Positions 10,923-21,789 of a DNA stretch of 64,000 bases are shown in pieces. Under the pieces are notes generated by a model. It searched no databases. It had not been told where the DNA came from and saw nothing but the letters and a program-made list of their open reading frames with translations. Source of the stretch: an uncultured Chloroflexia bacterium (GTDB taxonomy: Bacteria > Chloroflexota > Limnocylindria > QHBO01); contig CAWJIR010000003.1 in assembly GCA_963843015.1 (NCBI GenBank), forward strand, positions 3,431 through 67,430, read 5' to 3'. How positions within the stretch are numbered: position 1 is the stretch's first letter; each line of letters begins with the position of its first letter. The translations under genes were made by a program, and so were the position numbers.

Positions 10923-12629
10923 CTAGGCGCCGGCGCCCGTGGTCACCGCCGCCGCGACCCAGCCGGGGATCTCGCGGCGGAGCGTCTCGAGCGGCAGCGA
11001 GCCGTGGCCGAGCACCTCGTCGTGGAAGACCCGCAGGTCGAATCGGTCACCCAGCCGCTCGCCAACATCGGCGCGCGCCCGCTCGATCTCCCGCTGGCCC
11101 ATCTTGTACGAGAGGGCCTGGCCCGGCCAGATCGTGTATCGGTCGACCTCGATCTCGGCGTCGACCATCGGCAGCGATCCGTGCTCGTGCATGAAGTCGA
11201 TCGCGCGCTCCCGGGTCCAGCCCATGGCGTGGAGGCCGGAGTCGACCACCAGACGTGCGGCCCGGAACGACTGGGCGTCGAGCATGCCGAGGCGTTCGGC
11301 ATCGGTCTGGTACAGGCCCATCTCGTCGGCCAGCCGCTCGGTATAGAGGCCCCAGCCCTCGACGTAGGCCGAGCCGGCCATCTTGGCGCCGAGGGTCCGG
11401 AAGCGGCCGAGGCCCTGGAGGTCCATCTCGATCGCGATCTGGAAGTGGTGGCCGGGGGTCGCCTCGTGGAAGGTGATGGCCGCGATCTTGTGGAGCTGCC
11501 GCTGATCCGGCTGATAGGTGTTCAGGTAGTACTGGCCCGGGCGCGAGCCGTCGATCGTCGGTGGCATGTAGAACGCCGGCGCCGACTCGCGCTCGCGGTA
11601 CTCCTCGACCGGGAGCACGACGCAGTTGGCCGCCGGCAGGCGTCCGAAGTACCGGGGAGCGGTGGCGTAGGCGCGATCGGTCTGCTCCCGGGCCAGGTCG
11701 ATGATGTGCGCCGGGTCCGAGGTGCGGTTGGCGGGGTCGTCGGCCAGGGCGGCCGCAAACGCGTGACGGTCGGCGTGGCCCTGGCGTCGGGCGATCTCGT
11801 CCTTCTCGGCCTCGATCCGCTCCAGGTCCTCCATCCCGAAGGCGTGGACCTCCTCCGGCGTGGCGGCCACGGTCGTCTGCATCCGGATCGCCAGCCGATA
11901 CGCCTCGTGGCCGTTCGGGCGTGTCACTCAGGCCCGGGGTGGGGGCGGCATGCGGGGTGTACGTGTCGGCGAGGTAGTCGCGCAAGCCGCTGGAGCGCGG
12001 GATAGATGTCCGTGGCGACCGCGCCGCGAATGGCCTCGCGTCCCGACTCGTCGGCACACGTTGGCCAGGGCCACCGGAGGCGCCACGTCGGCGGGCACCG
12101 ACAGCATCCGATCGATCTGCTCGATCGCCTTCCGAACGGGCACCGATGGCGTGGTGCGCCCATCGGCGATGCCCTCGTCCAGGGTGCCGATGTGCTGCTC
12201 GATCAGCGTCGGGAACGCCGCGTATCGCGCGAGCAGGCGATTCAGGCCCTCGGGGGTGTCGACGCGCTGGTACTGGGCGATCTCGGACGGCCAGGTCTGC
12301 ACCCCGGACATGTGGTTGACGGCCAGCTGGTACAGCTTGCGGTCCAGGGCCTCGAGGTAGTTCTGGGCGATCAGGATCAGCAGGTCGCGAGTGATGACCG
12401 ACTCGACGTCGAGCGCACCGGGATCCATGGCCTCGGCCTCCGCCAGGGCCGCGGACAGGGCGCTGCGCTCGGCGGCTCGCCCGTCGGGACCGAGATCGGG
12501 CCATCGCTCGTCGTACCGGTCGTCGCCGTAGATCGTGGCGGTGATGGGGTCGCGCTCGAGGACGCCCTCCCAGAAGCGCTCGGCGAGGTCACTGACCGCG
12601 GCGTTGGGGTCCTGAAGGGTCACGGACAC
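10923..12629 (-). CDS. DUF885 family protein (frameshifted)
   Basis: HEATPGHHFQ, AYVEGWGLYTE, RAARLVVDSGLH, PGQALSYKMG; AAGGAG RBS. Confidence 0.9.
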
Positions 12630-12675
12630 AGTCTCCTTGAGCTGGGTGGATGATTGCCGGGCGAGTGTAGCCCGG

Positions 12676-13761
12676 TCAGCCCGAACCGAACAGGTCGGCC
12701 AGGAGGGCGGGCGGTGTCTCCTCGAGCTGGTCGTAGCGACACGAATCCGGCTTTCGATCGGGTCGCCAGCGGACGAAGGTCGTGGCGTGCCGGAATCGGT
12801 CGCCCTGGAGGTGGTCGTAGGCCACCTCGCACGACCCGTTCGGGGCGGAGCGGCTCCCAGGACAGGTCCTTCCCCGGTTCCAGCGGCTCGTCGCGCCGGG
12901 CATCCGGCGCCCCTCCCATTCGGCCTCGGCCTCTTTCCACTCCCGCCACGGATGACCCTCAGCGCCTTCTTCCGAAGCGGCGCCAGCTCGTCGACGAGCT
13001 CGCGGCGGCGGGCCTCGGTGAACGAGCTGGTCACGCCGACGTGCTGGAGCGTCGCCCGACTCGTCGAACAGGCCGAGCAGCAGCGAGCCGACCATCGTGC
13101 CCGGCCCGTTCTTGTGCCATCGAAAGCCGGCGACGACGCAGTCGGCGGTCCGCTGGTGCTTGACCTTGACCATCTCGCGCTTGCCCGGGACGTAGCGCAG
13201 GTCGGCGCGCTTCGCCACCACCCCGTCCAGGCCGGCGCCCTCGAACACCGCGAACCAGCGTTCGGCGGTCTTCGGGTCGTCGGTCGCCGGGGTGAGCTGG
13301 ACCGATGGCGGCGGCTTCGCCAGCCGCCGCTCGAGCGCGGCGCGGCGGTCGGCGAACGGCTCGGTCGCAGGTCGCGGTCGCCCTCGGCCAGGAGGTCGAA
13401 GGCGACATACGACGGCGGGACTCGCCTCGGCGAGCATCGCGACTCGCGAGGCAGCGGGGTGGATCCGGAGCAGGAGGGCGTCGAAGTTCAGGCCGCCGTC
13501 GGAGGCGATCACGATCTCGCCGTCGAGCACGAAACGGTCCTCCGGCCGGCCGATGCGGCGCAGCGGCTCCTCGAGCTCGGGGAAGTACCGGTTCAGCGGC
13601 TTGAGGTCGCGGCTCTGGATGTAGACCTCGGCCCCGTCCCGGAAGACGAGCGCCCGGAACCCGTCCCACTTCGGCTCGTAGCGCCATCCCTCGCCGAGCG
13701 GGATTTCCGTCTGCGGTTTGGCGAGCATGGGCTCGATGGGCGGCTCGATCGGAAACGCCAC
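12676..13761 (-). CDS. ligC: ATP-dependent DNA ligase LigC type (frameshifted)
   Basis: PMLAK, YEPKWDGFRA, VLDGEIV, GLDGVVAK, KVKHQRTADCVVAGFRWHK, RWRPDR. Confidence 0.9.
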   Translation of the reverse strand: MAFPIEPPIEPMLAKPQTEIPLGEGWRYEPKWDGFRALVFRDGAEVYIQSRDLKPLNRYFPELEEPLRRIGRPEDRFVLDGEIVIASDGGLNFDALLLRIHPAASRVAMLAEASPAVVCRLRPPGRGRPRPATEPFADRRAALERRLAKPPPSVQLTPATDDPKTAERWFAVFEGAGLDGVVAKRADLRYVPGKREMVKVKHQRTADCVVAGFRWHKNGPGTMVGSLLLGLFDESGDAPARRRDQLVHRGPPPRARRRAGAASEEGAEGHPWREWKEAEAEWEGRRMPGATSRWNRGRTCPGSRSAPNGSCEVAYDHLQGDRFRHATTFVRWRPDRKPDSCRYDQLEETPPALLADLFGSG

Positions 13762-13801
13762 GGGCCGATAGTAGCCGTCGCCTGCCGCATACTCCCGGCC
13801 A

Positions 13802-15326
13802 GTGGCCATCAGCCTCCGATTCCTCGGCGCCGCCGGCGGCGTGACCGGCTCGCAGTTCCTGCTCACCGTCGGCGAGCGACGGCTGCTCGTCGACTGCGGG
13901 CTGTTCCAGGGCGGGATGGAGGAGATCGCCCGCAACCGGATGGCGTTCTCGTACGCAGCCGGACGACGTCGCACGCGGTGCTCCTGACCCACGCCCACAA
14001 CGACCACATCGGGCGCCTGCCGGCCCTCGTCCGGGCCGGCTACCGCGGGCCGGTGTTCGCGACCGATGCCACGGCCGACCTGGCCGAGATCGTCCTCGCC
14101 GACAGCGCCCACCTGCAGGCCCGCGCCGCCGAGCGCTGGGCGCGCCACCACCCCGAGGTGGCCGCGCGCGGCCACCGGCGAGTCGGAGGCCGACCGCCGC
14201 CGAGACGGAGATGGCCGCGGTCGCCGCCCGGGCGCCGAGGCCACCGGACCGATGCGACACCGAATCCCGCGCCCCGCTGTTCGACCTGGACGACGTCCGG
14301 CGCACGATCGAGCATGGTCCGACCGGTGTCGTATGACACGACCACGCCGATCACCGACGGCGTCGAGGCGACCTTCCACGACGCGGGCCACATCCTCGGC
14401 TCGGCGATCATCGAGCTGCGGGTCCGCGACCGCGACGGAACGGAGCAGACGATCGTGTTCTCCGGCGACCTCGGCCGGCCGGACACGCCGATCCTGCGCG
14501 ACCCGACACCGCTGACCTCGGCCGACGTCGTCATCGTCGAGTCCACCTACGGCGACCGCGAGCACCCCGACGCGGACCAGGCCGTGCGACGAGCTGGTCG
14601 AGGTCATCACCGACGTCGCCCGCGATGGCGGGGTGCTCCTCATCCCGGCCTTCGCCATCGGCCGGACCCAGCATCTCGTCTGGCTGCTCGACGACCTCGT
14701 CCGGAAGGGCCGGATCCCGCACCTGCCGCTGTTCATCGACTCGCCGATGGCCTGCGAGGCGAACGACGTCTACCTCCGCCATCCGGAGGGCTACGACGCG
14801 GAGACGCTGGCGCTCCTCGCAGTCGGGCGACTCGCCGCTCGTCTACCCCGGGCAGGCGTGCACCACCAGCGTCGAGGCCTCGAAGGCGATCGTCGGCAGC
14901 CCGCGGCCGTTCATCCTGGTCGCAGCGTCCGGGATGCTGACCGGGGGCCGAATCCTCCACCACCTCAAGGACCTCCTGCCCGACCCGCGGACCACCCTCC
15001 TGTTCATCGGCTACCAGGGCGAGGGGACGCTGGGCCGCCACCTGGCGGAGGGCGGCAAGGAGGCGCGCATCGACGGGGCGAGCTGGCCGGTTCGCTGCCG
15101 GGTGCGCTCGATCACGGGCCTCTCGGCCCATGCCGATCAGACCGAGCTCGACGCCTGGATCGGCCACTTCGCCGCGGCCGCCCGGACCGATGGACGGCCC
15201 CGCGCGGTGTACGTGACCCACGGCGAGCCGGCCGCCGCGTCGGCGTTCGCGGCCCGCATCGGTCGCGACCTGGGCGTGGCCGCCCACGTCCCGGCACTCG
15301 GGGAGACGGTGACCCTCCTCCCCTGA
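13802..15326 (+). CDS. MBL-fold beta-CASP metallo-hydrolase/nuclease (frameshifted)
   Basis: LTHAHNDHIGRLP, AGHILGS, FSGDLG, ESTYG, PAFAIGRTQ, SGMLTGGRILHH, GLSAHAD. Confidence 0.9.
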
Positions 15327-15352
15327 CCGGCGGTCGGGCTACCATCGGGCCC

Positions 15353-16177
15353 ATGTCGCCTCGCCCGGTGATCAGCCTCCTCACCGACTTCGGCGTCCGG
15401 GATCCCTCCGGTGCGATCTGCGAGGGCGTCATCCTCGGCATCTGCCCCGACGCGACCGTCGTCCACATCAGCCACGAGGTGACGAAGTACGCCATCCGCG
15501 ACGGGGCGCTCATGCTGCTGGTGTGCCGTGCCGTTCATGCCGGTCGGCGTCCACATGGCCGTGGTCGACCCCGGCGTCGGCACCGCGCGTCGGCCCGGTG
15601 GCGCTGGTCACCGAGCGCGGCGACATCCTGATCGGCCCTGACAACGGGCTCCTGATGCCGGGTGCCCAGCGCCTGGGTGGGGTCGTCGCCGCCCACGAGC
15701 TCACGAGCGAGGCCCACCGGTTGCACCCGGTCAGCACCAGCTTCCATGGGCGGGACATCTTTGCCCCGGCGGCCGCGCACCTGGCGTGCGGGCTGGACGT
15801 CGCCGAGCTCGGTCCAGCCTTCGATCCGGCACACCCTGGTCGCGCTCGACATCCCGCCGGCGACGCCGATCCCCGACGGCGTGGCGACCAGCGTCGTCTA
15901 CGTCGACACCTTCGGCAACTGCAAGCTCGCCGGACTCCGATCCGACCTGGAGGCGTCGGTTGGACCGATGCGACCGGGCCGCGCGGTGCACGTCGAGGCC
16001 GACGGCGCGGCGCCCCGCGACATGGCATGGGCCGACACCTTCGGCGACGTGCCGGTCGGCACCCCGATCCTCTACGTCGACTCCTACGATCGACTGACGA
16101 TCGCGGTCAACCAGGGCAGCGCGGCCGCGGCGCTGGGGCTGGTCCAGGACCAGCCGATTCGGATCCTGGTCGCATGA
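15353..16177 (+). CDS. SAM hydrolase / SAM-dependent halogenase family (DUF62) (frameshifted)
   Basis: ISLLTDFG, VVDPGVG, GPDNGLL, STSFHGRDIFAPAAAHL, YVDTFGN. Confidence 0.9.
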
Positions 16178-16187
16178 CGCGCTCGGC

Positions 16188-17854
16188 GTGACCGATCCGG
16201 TCGCCGTCGTCGAAGACCTCTCGTTTCGATATCAGCGGCGCTCGGAGGCGGCGCTCCGCAACGTTTCGCTGGAGATCGCCCCGGGCGAGGTGCTGCTCGT
16301 GGCCGGTCCGTCGGGCTGCGGCAAGTCCACGCTCATCCGGGCGCTCAACGGCCTCATCCCGCACGCGTATCGCGGCGACCTCACCGGGCGCGTGGTGATC
16401 GGCGGCCTGCCCACCGACGTCACGCCGCTGAAGACGCTGGCCACGACGGTGGGAACCGTGCTCCAGGACCCGAGCCGCCAGCTCGTGGCGTCGACCGTGC
16501 CCGCGGAGCTGACGTTCGGCCCGGAGAATCTCGGAGTCGATCGCGCCGAGATCGGTCGCCGCCTGGTGCAGGTTGCCGCGGCCAGCGGTCTCGACCCGCT
16601 CATGAGCCGCACCACCGATGAGCTCTCCGGCGGCGAGGCTCAGCAGGTGGCGATCGGTGGCGCGCTGATGCTCGTCCCCAGCCTGCTCGTCCTCGACGAG
16701 CCCCTGGCCAACCTCGATCCCGCCGCCGCCCAGCGGCTCCTGGCGCTGGTCCGTGGGTTGGCGGACCGCGGCACGGCGGTGGTCGTCGTCGAGCACCGCA
16801 TCGAGGACGTCCTCGCGGCCCGTCCCGATCGCGCCCTGTACCTCGACGAGGGAGAAACGCGGTACCTCGGACCGATGGAGGGGTTCCTCGCCACCGCCGA
16901 TCCGGCTGCGGTCAAGCTGCCGTTCGATGCGTGGCTGCGTCGCGCCGCCGACGCCGGCACGGCGTCATCGGTCCAGAAGGAGTCTGCGGAGAGCTGAGCC
17001 GGACGCGGACGACGTCCTCGGCGACCTGCAGGACGACCCGGCGCGCATCGAGTGGCGCAGCCGTGGACGCCGGCTACGACGACCGGACCGTGCTCCACGA
17101 GATCACTGCGCGCCTCGGGCGCCGGCAGCAGGTCGCGGTGCTCGGCCCGAATGGGTCGGGCAAGACGACGATGTTCAAGGCCGCCATCGGCCTCCGCCCG
17201 TTGACGGCGGGCGAGGTCCTGGTCGACGGCGCCACGATCGCCGGGCGCGGTGTGGCCGAGCTGGCGAGGACGTTCGGTTACGTGTTCCAGAATCCGTCCC
17301 AGATGCTGTTCGCGCCGACCGTGCGCGACGAGCTCCTGTTCGGGCCGCGCAACGTCGGTCGCCCCGAGGACGAGCACGACGGCCTCGTCCGCGAGGCCCT
17401 GACCCGCGTGGGCCTGGCGGACGAGCCGGAGATCGAATCGCGCCCGCCGCGCACCCTGTCCCACGGCCAGCAGAAGCGGCTCGCGATCGCCGTCGCGTTG
17501 ACCCTCGAGCCCCAGACGTTGGTGCTTGACGAACCGTCCGCGGGGCAGGACTATCGGAGCGCTACGGCGTTCATGCGGGAGGTGGGTCGGATCGCCGGAC
17601 TGGAAAGCGTCTATTTCGTCACCCATGACGTGGACCTGGCATTGACCCACGCTGATCGGATCCTCCTGCTGCGCGACGGTCGACTGGTGGCCGATGGTGC
17701 GCCGCTGGAGGTGATCGCCGATCGGGAGCGATGGAGGGCCTGCAACCTGCGCACGACCTCGCTGATGGAGGCGAACCTGCGCTGGGGCGGACGCTCCGGA
17801 CGCTTCCTCGGGCCCGAGACCCTGGCTACTCTGGTTGCGTCGGCTGCGACGTAG
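16188..17854 (+). CDS. ECF transporter dual ATPase subunit (frameshifted)
   Basis: Two ABC domains: GPSGCGKS/LSGGE/LDEP and GPNGSGKT/LSHGQ/LDEP. Confidence 0.9.
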
Positions 17855-17892
17855 GTGACATCGGTTCCTATCGGAGGAGGAGCGGACCGCCC

Positions 17893-18474
17893 ATGACAAC
17901 CCTTGCAGCACCACAGCCCACCGCGAGCCCGTGGTCGGTCACGACCCGGGTCATCGTGTACAGCGCCATCGGTGCGGCGCTGTACGCCGTCTTCAACTGG
18001 ATCTCGTTCGCGATCCAGATCCCCGGCGCGGAGAACGTCGCCGTCCGGCCGCACTACGGCCTGCTGACGTTCTTCGGATTCGCCTTCGGCCCGGTCGTCG
18101 GCTTCCTGACCGGCTTCGTCGGCAACGTCGTCGGTGACCAGCTCACCGGCTGGGGCGCGTTCACCTCGTGGCACTGGAGCCTGGCCAACGGGGCCGCCGG
18201 CCTGGTCGCCGGCCTCTTCCCGATCTGGATGGCGAGCCGGATGACCACCGTCGGCAGCAAGGCGCTGATGGCTGCCGTCGCCGGAGTGGTGGCCACCATC
18301 GTTGGCTTCCTGCTGATCTTCCTCGGGCTGATCATCACGCCGGAGATGGACTTCAACGCGATCCTGACCACCGAGTACATCCCGGTCGTCATCGCCAACT
18401 CCATCGCGGCCGCGATCGTGACACCCATCCTCGTCCTCGCCTGGGAGCCGATATCGGCCCAGATGGGACGCTGA
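17893..18474 (+). CDS. ECF transporter S component
   Basis: IVYSAIGAALYAVF...FGPVVGFLTGFVGNVVGD; multiple TM helices; GGAGG RBS. Confidence 0.85.
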   Translation: MTTLAAPQPTASPWSVTTRVIVYSAIGAALYAVFNWISFAIQIPGAENVAVRPHYGLLTFFGFAFGPVVGFLTGFVGNVVGDQLTGWGAFTSWHWSLANGAAGLVAGLFPIWMASRMTTVGSKALMAAVAGVVATIVGFLLIFLGLIITPEMDFNAILTTEYIPVVIANSIAAAIVTPILVLAWEPISAQMGR

Positions 18475-18494
18475 CCTAATCCGCCCGCGCCGCG

Positions 18495-19338
18495 ATGCGG
18501 GCCGCCTTCGCGTACCTGGGTCGGGGATCCTGGCTCGCCCGCCGGGATCCCCGATCGATCCTGCTGGCCGCGTTCTTCTTCGTCCTGGGGGCGCCGCAGA
18601 TCCGCGACTCGCGGCAGCTGCTCGTGGTGGCCGGCCTGGCCCTCGGGTACTACCTCCTGGCCGGCATCCCGTGGCCGGCCGTGCGCCGCCAATGGGTGTA
18701 CCTCATCATCGTCATCGGCGCGGTGGCGACCATCAACGCCCTGATCACCGGCGGCCAGTCCGGCGACTTTCGCGGCACGGACACCCACGTGCTGGCCGAC
18801 CCTGCCGCCCTTTGGCACCGAGGTGACGGCCGAGGGCATCAGCCTGATCGTGACCCAGATGCTCCGTTTCGTGGCCATCGCCGCGGTCGGGTTCCCCGTG
18901 GCCTACGCGATCGCCCCGGGCGACCTCGGGCCGGCGCTCCGGCAGCTCCATCTCGGGGACCGGATGCCGGTCATGGTCGACCTCACCGTGCGCTTCATCC
19001 CGACCCTGTCGGAGGAGTTCGGCGAGACGATCGACGCCCAGCGGGTCCGCGGCTTCGACCCGCTCCAGCGCGGCGGCGGACCGTTGGCGCGGCTCCGACG
19101 GCTGGCCCCGGTGTTCGTGCCGGTGACGGTGGGATCGCTCGCGGGCGCCGAGGACACGATCGATGCGATGGACCTGCGGGCGTTCGGGACCGGCAAGCGG
19201 ACCTGGTACCGACATCTCCAGATGGACGGCCGCTCGTGGCTGGTCGTCGCGGCGTTCGTCACGTTCGTCCTCACTGCCACCGCGTTGAACGTGACGGGGC
19301 GATCCGAGCACTTCCTTCTGCCGTTCCTCGTCCCCTGA
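18495..19338 (+). CDS. ecfT: ECF transporter transmembrane T component (frameshifted)
   Basis: RDPR, RFIPTL, AQRVRG, AMDLRAFG motifs. Confidence 0.85.
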
Positions 19339-19387
19339 TCAATGGCCCGATCAACGGGGCTCTGCGAGCGCGGAGTCGTGGACGGGC

Positions 19388-19427
19388 CGTGGATAAGTCC
19401 GTTACCAACCGCGAAATTCGTGGATAA
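19388..19427. promoter_or_regulatory. two DnaA-box-like 9-mers
   Basis: CGTGGATAA at 19388-19396 and 19419-19427; 8/9 match to TGTGGATAA. Confidence 0.4.
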
Positions 19428-19432
19428 GGCGC

Positions 19433-19461
19433 TTGGCGAACCGTGACTGGTCCCGTATTGT
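19433..19461 (+). promoter_or_regulatory. sigma70-type promoter for candidate sRNA
   Basis: TTGGCG-17 bp-TATTGT. Confidence 0.5.
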
Positions 19462-19468
19462 TCTGGTT

Positions 19469-19537
19469 GTCCCGGAGGAGCCGGACGAGTCCAGAGATTG
19501 CATCAAAGGGCCCGCCAGGTTCCTCCGGGGCGTTTTT
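19469..19537 (+). ncRNA. candidate ~70 nt small RNA, family unknown
   Basis: 14-bp closing stem 19469-19482/19518-19531, internal GGAC/GUCC repeat, U5 tail, starts 7 nt after a -10 box. Confidence 0.5.
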
Positions 19538-19564
19538 GCGTCCCGCGCCGGATAGGACTAGAGT
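19536..19564 (+). promoter_or_regulatory. sigma70-type promoter for the nitroreductase-family gene
   Basis: TTGCGT-17 bp-TAGAGT. Confidence 0.5.
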
Positions 19565-19595
19565 TTCGCTTTACATCTCGTAGCGAGTCCCGTCC

Positions 19596-20018
19596 GTGTC
19601 CAGCCCATCCCCCTCCAACGTTCCGACCGGAACGTCCCACCTCGAACCCCATGTCCAGCGCGCCCTGGCGCGTCCGCACCGCATCGACATCACCACCACC
19701 GGGCGCAAGTCCGGGCGCCCGCGCCGGATCGAGCTCGTCTTCCACGTGATTGACGGCCGGATCGTGATCAGCGGCGCGCCGGGACGGCGCGACTGGTACG
19801 CCAACCTCGTGGCTCACCCGCAGTTCACGTTCCATCTGACGGGACCGGTCAAGGCCGACCTGCCCGCCGTCGCCCGGCCGATCACCGAACCTGAGGAGCG
19901 GCGACGGGTCATGGAAGCGGTGACCCGCAATTGGGGTGCGGCCGATCGGTTCGAGATCTTCTACCAGCGCAGCCCGCTGGTGGAGGTCACGTTCCCCGAG
20001 GTATCTCAGGCCGCCTGA
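19596..20018 (+). CDS. deazaflavin (F420)-dependent nitroreductase family protein
   Basis: ITTTGRKSGRPRRIE...RDWYANLVAHP. Confidence 0.8.
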   Translation: MSSPSPSNVPTGTSHLEPHVQRALARPHRIDITTTGRKSGRPRRIELVFHVIDGRIVISGAPGRRDWYANLVAHPQFTFHLTGPVKADLPAVARPITEPEERRRVMEAVTRNWGAADRFEIFYQRSPLVEVTFPEVSQAA

Positions 20019-20019
20019 A

Positions 20020-21381
20020 CTAGTTCAACGGATCCCCGTCGCCGGCCTGGAACAGGCCCAGCGCTCCGCGACCGACGAAATTGAAGGCGTGGGTGACCAT
20101 CGGGTAGAGCCCGTCCTCGGGCATCACCATCTCGATGATTGCGCCCTGGGCGGGCGAGAGGTCCACGGCCTGGGACCCGAAGTTGCCCGCGTTCCCGACG
20201 CTGAGCTGGACGCCTTCCTTGATGACCCGGCTGAAGATCGTGCCGACCACGTGGAAGCTGCTGTCCACGCTGGGCCCGGCATTGAGAACGAAGATGCGGA
20301 CCCGGTCTCCGGTCCCGACCGCGATCGGGTTGTCGAGGTACTGGTTCGCCACACCGTTCCACACGACGTAGTCGGGAGCCGGCGCGGCGGCCGCCGCCTT
20401 TGTCAGGCTTGCGGGCTCGCCCTGCGGCCCGAGGTACCACTCGCTCTGGACCACCGCGAACTCGGCGTCCACCGATCCGAGCCCCTCGGCCGGCTCGACG
20501 ATGACCATGCCGTACATCCCGTTGGCGATGTGATGGAGCGCGGCGACGTGCCGCAGTGGTACATCCAGACCCCGGCGTAGTCGGCGGTCCACTCGTAGAT
20601 CTTCTCCTCGCCGGGGTTGATGGAGGTCATCTCATCGTTCCAGGCCACCTGGGACGCATGGAAGTCGATCGAGTGCGCGACCTGGCTGGTATCGGGGTTC
20701 ACCAGGTGGACACGGATCGTGTCGCCGACGCGGACCCGGATGACCGGACCCGGAACGGTGCCGTTGAACGTCCAGACCGCCTGGACGAAACCGCCGTCGT
20801 CGCCCTGGGCGACCGTCATCGGCTTCTCCTCGATGACGAGCTCGATGTCATGGACCTGCCCTCGAGGGCGGCGGGAGCCTCGGGCGGGTACAGGACGTAG
20901 TCGGGGGCGTTCGGGTCGGGCTCGACGTCGGTCTCGGTGCCGGGCCACCGTGGCTGTCCCCGCCAGCCGCCTGCCGGCCACCGTGACCGTGCCGGTCATC
21001 CCGCCGTCGGCGTGTCCGGGCACCGAGCACAGGAAGGTCGTCCCGCCCTCGGGAATGGTGACCTCGAACATGATCATCTCGCCCGGCTGCGCGACCTGCG
21101 CGGCTCCGCCCTCGAACGTGATGTCGTGGACCACGGCCCCGTCGTTCATGAAGTGGACGGTGTAGCGACCCGCGCGCCGCGACGTCGAGCGTGCTCGGCT
21201 CGAAGCCGAGGTCGAAGGCGCTGATCGTGATCTCGCCGAGCAGCTCCCCGCTCCCGCCGCCGACGGGATCGGGACTGGCGTCTGACGAACCCGCACCCGA
21301 TCCGGCGGCCAGGATGACGTAGATCAGGGACAGCAGGATGACGCTCGTGACGGCGGCGCCAAAGACAGCGATGCGGCCCAT
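20020..21381 (-). CDS. nirK: copper-containing nitrite reductase with N-terminal membrane anchor and cupredoxin domain (frameshifted)
   Basis: HSIDFH, WMYHCGT...HHIANGMYG, SSFHVVG, YPMVTHAF; extra HDITF...CSVPGHADGGM domain. Confidence 0.8.
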
Positions 21382-21396
21382 GAGGGTTGGTCTCCT

Positions 21397-21789
21397 TTAT
21401 TCGGCCGGACGGTCTCGGCCGATGCGACCCAGGTGGGTGTCCTTGAACCCCGTGGGCAGCTTCAGGCCGTAGCCCAGCGCCCGGTCGAAGCCGACGTGGG
21501 CGGCCAGGATGGCCGCCACCTGCATCGGCCACAGCTCGTGCCCGGCGATGGCCAGGAAGACGAAGGCCACCGGCAGCGCCCAGTTGTGGACGAGGTTGTA
21601 GGTGACCGCTCCGACGCGCGGTCCGGCGAGGTAGCCCAGCGCGGACAGGTCCGGCGCGAGGAGTGCCGGGATGAGGAGGAGGGGCGGCCCGCCCAGGGAC
21701 AGGAAGGCCGCGATGCCCAGGATCCCGATCGCCGCCGACTCGATCCGAAGGATCCACTTCACGTCATCGGCCGGCGTCGTCCCGTTCAT
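21397..21789 (-). CDS. DUF4260 family membrane protein
   Basis: LAPDLSALGYLAGPRVGAVTYNLVH...AHVGFDRALGYGLK...FKDTHLG. Confidence 0.85.
   Translation of the reverse strand: MNGTTPADDVKWILRIESAAIGILGIAAFLSLGGPPLLLIPALLAPDLSALGYLAGPRVGAVTYNLVHNWALPVAFVFLAIAGHELWPMQVAAILAAHVGFDRALGYGLKLPTGFKDTHLGRIGRDRPAE

Noticed and set aside
19340-19600. oriC
   Set aside because: Only two imperfect DnaA boxes, no AT-rich unwinding element and no dnaA/dnaN nearby.
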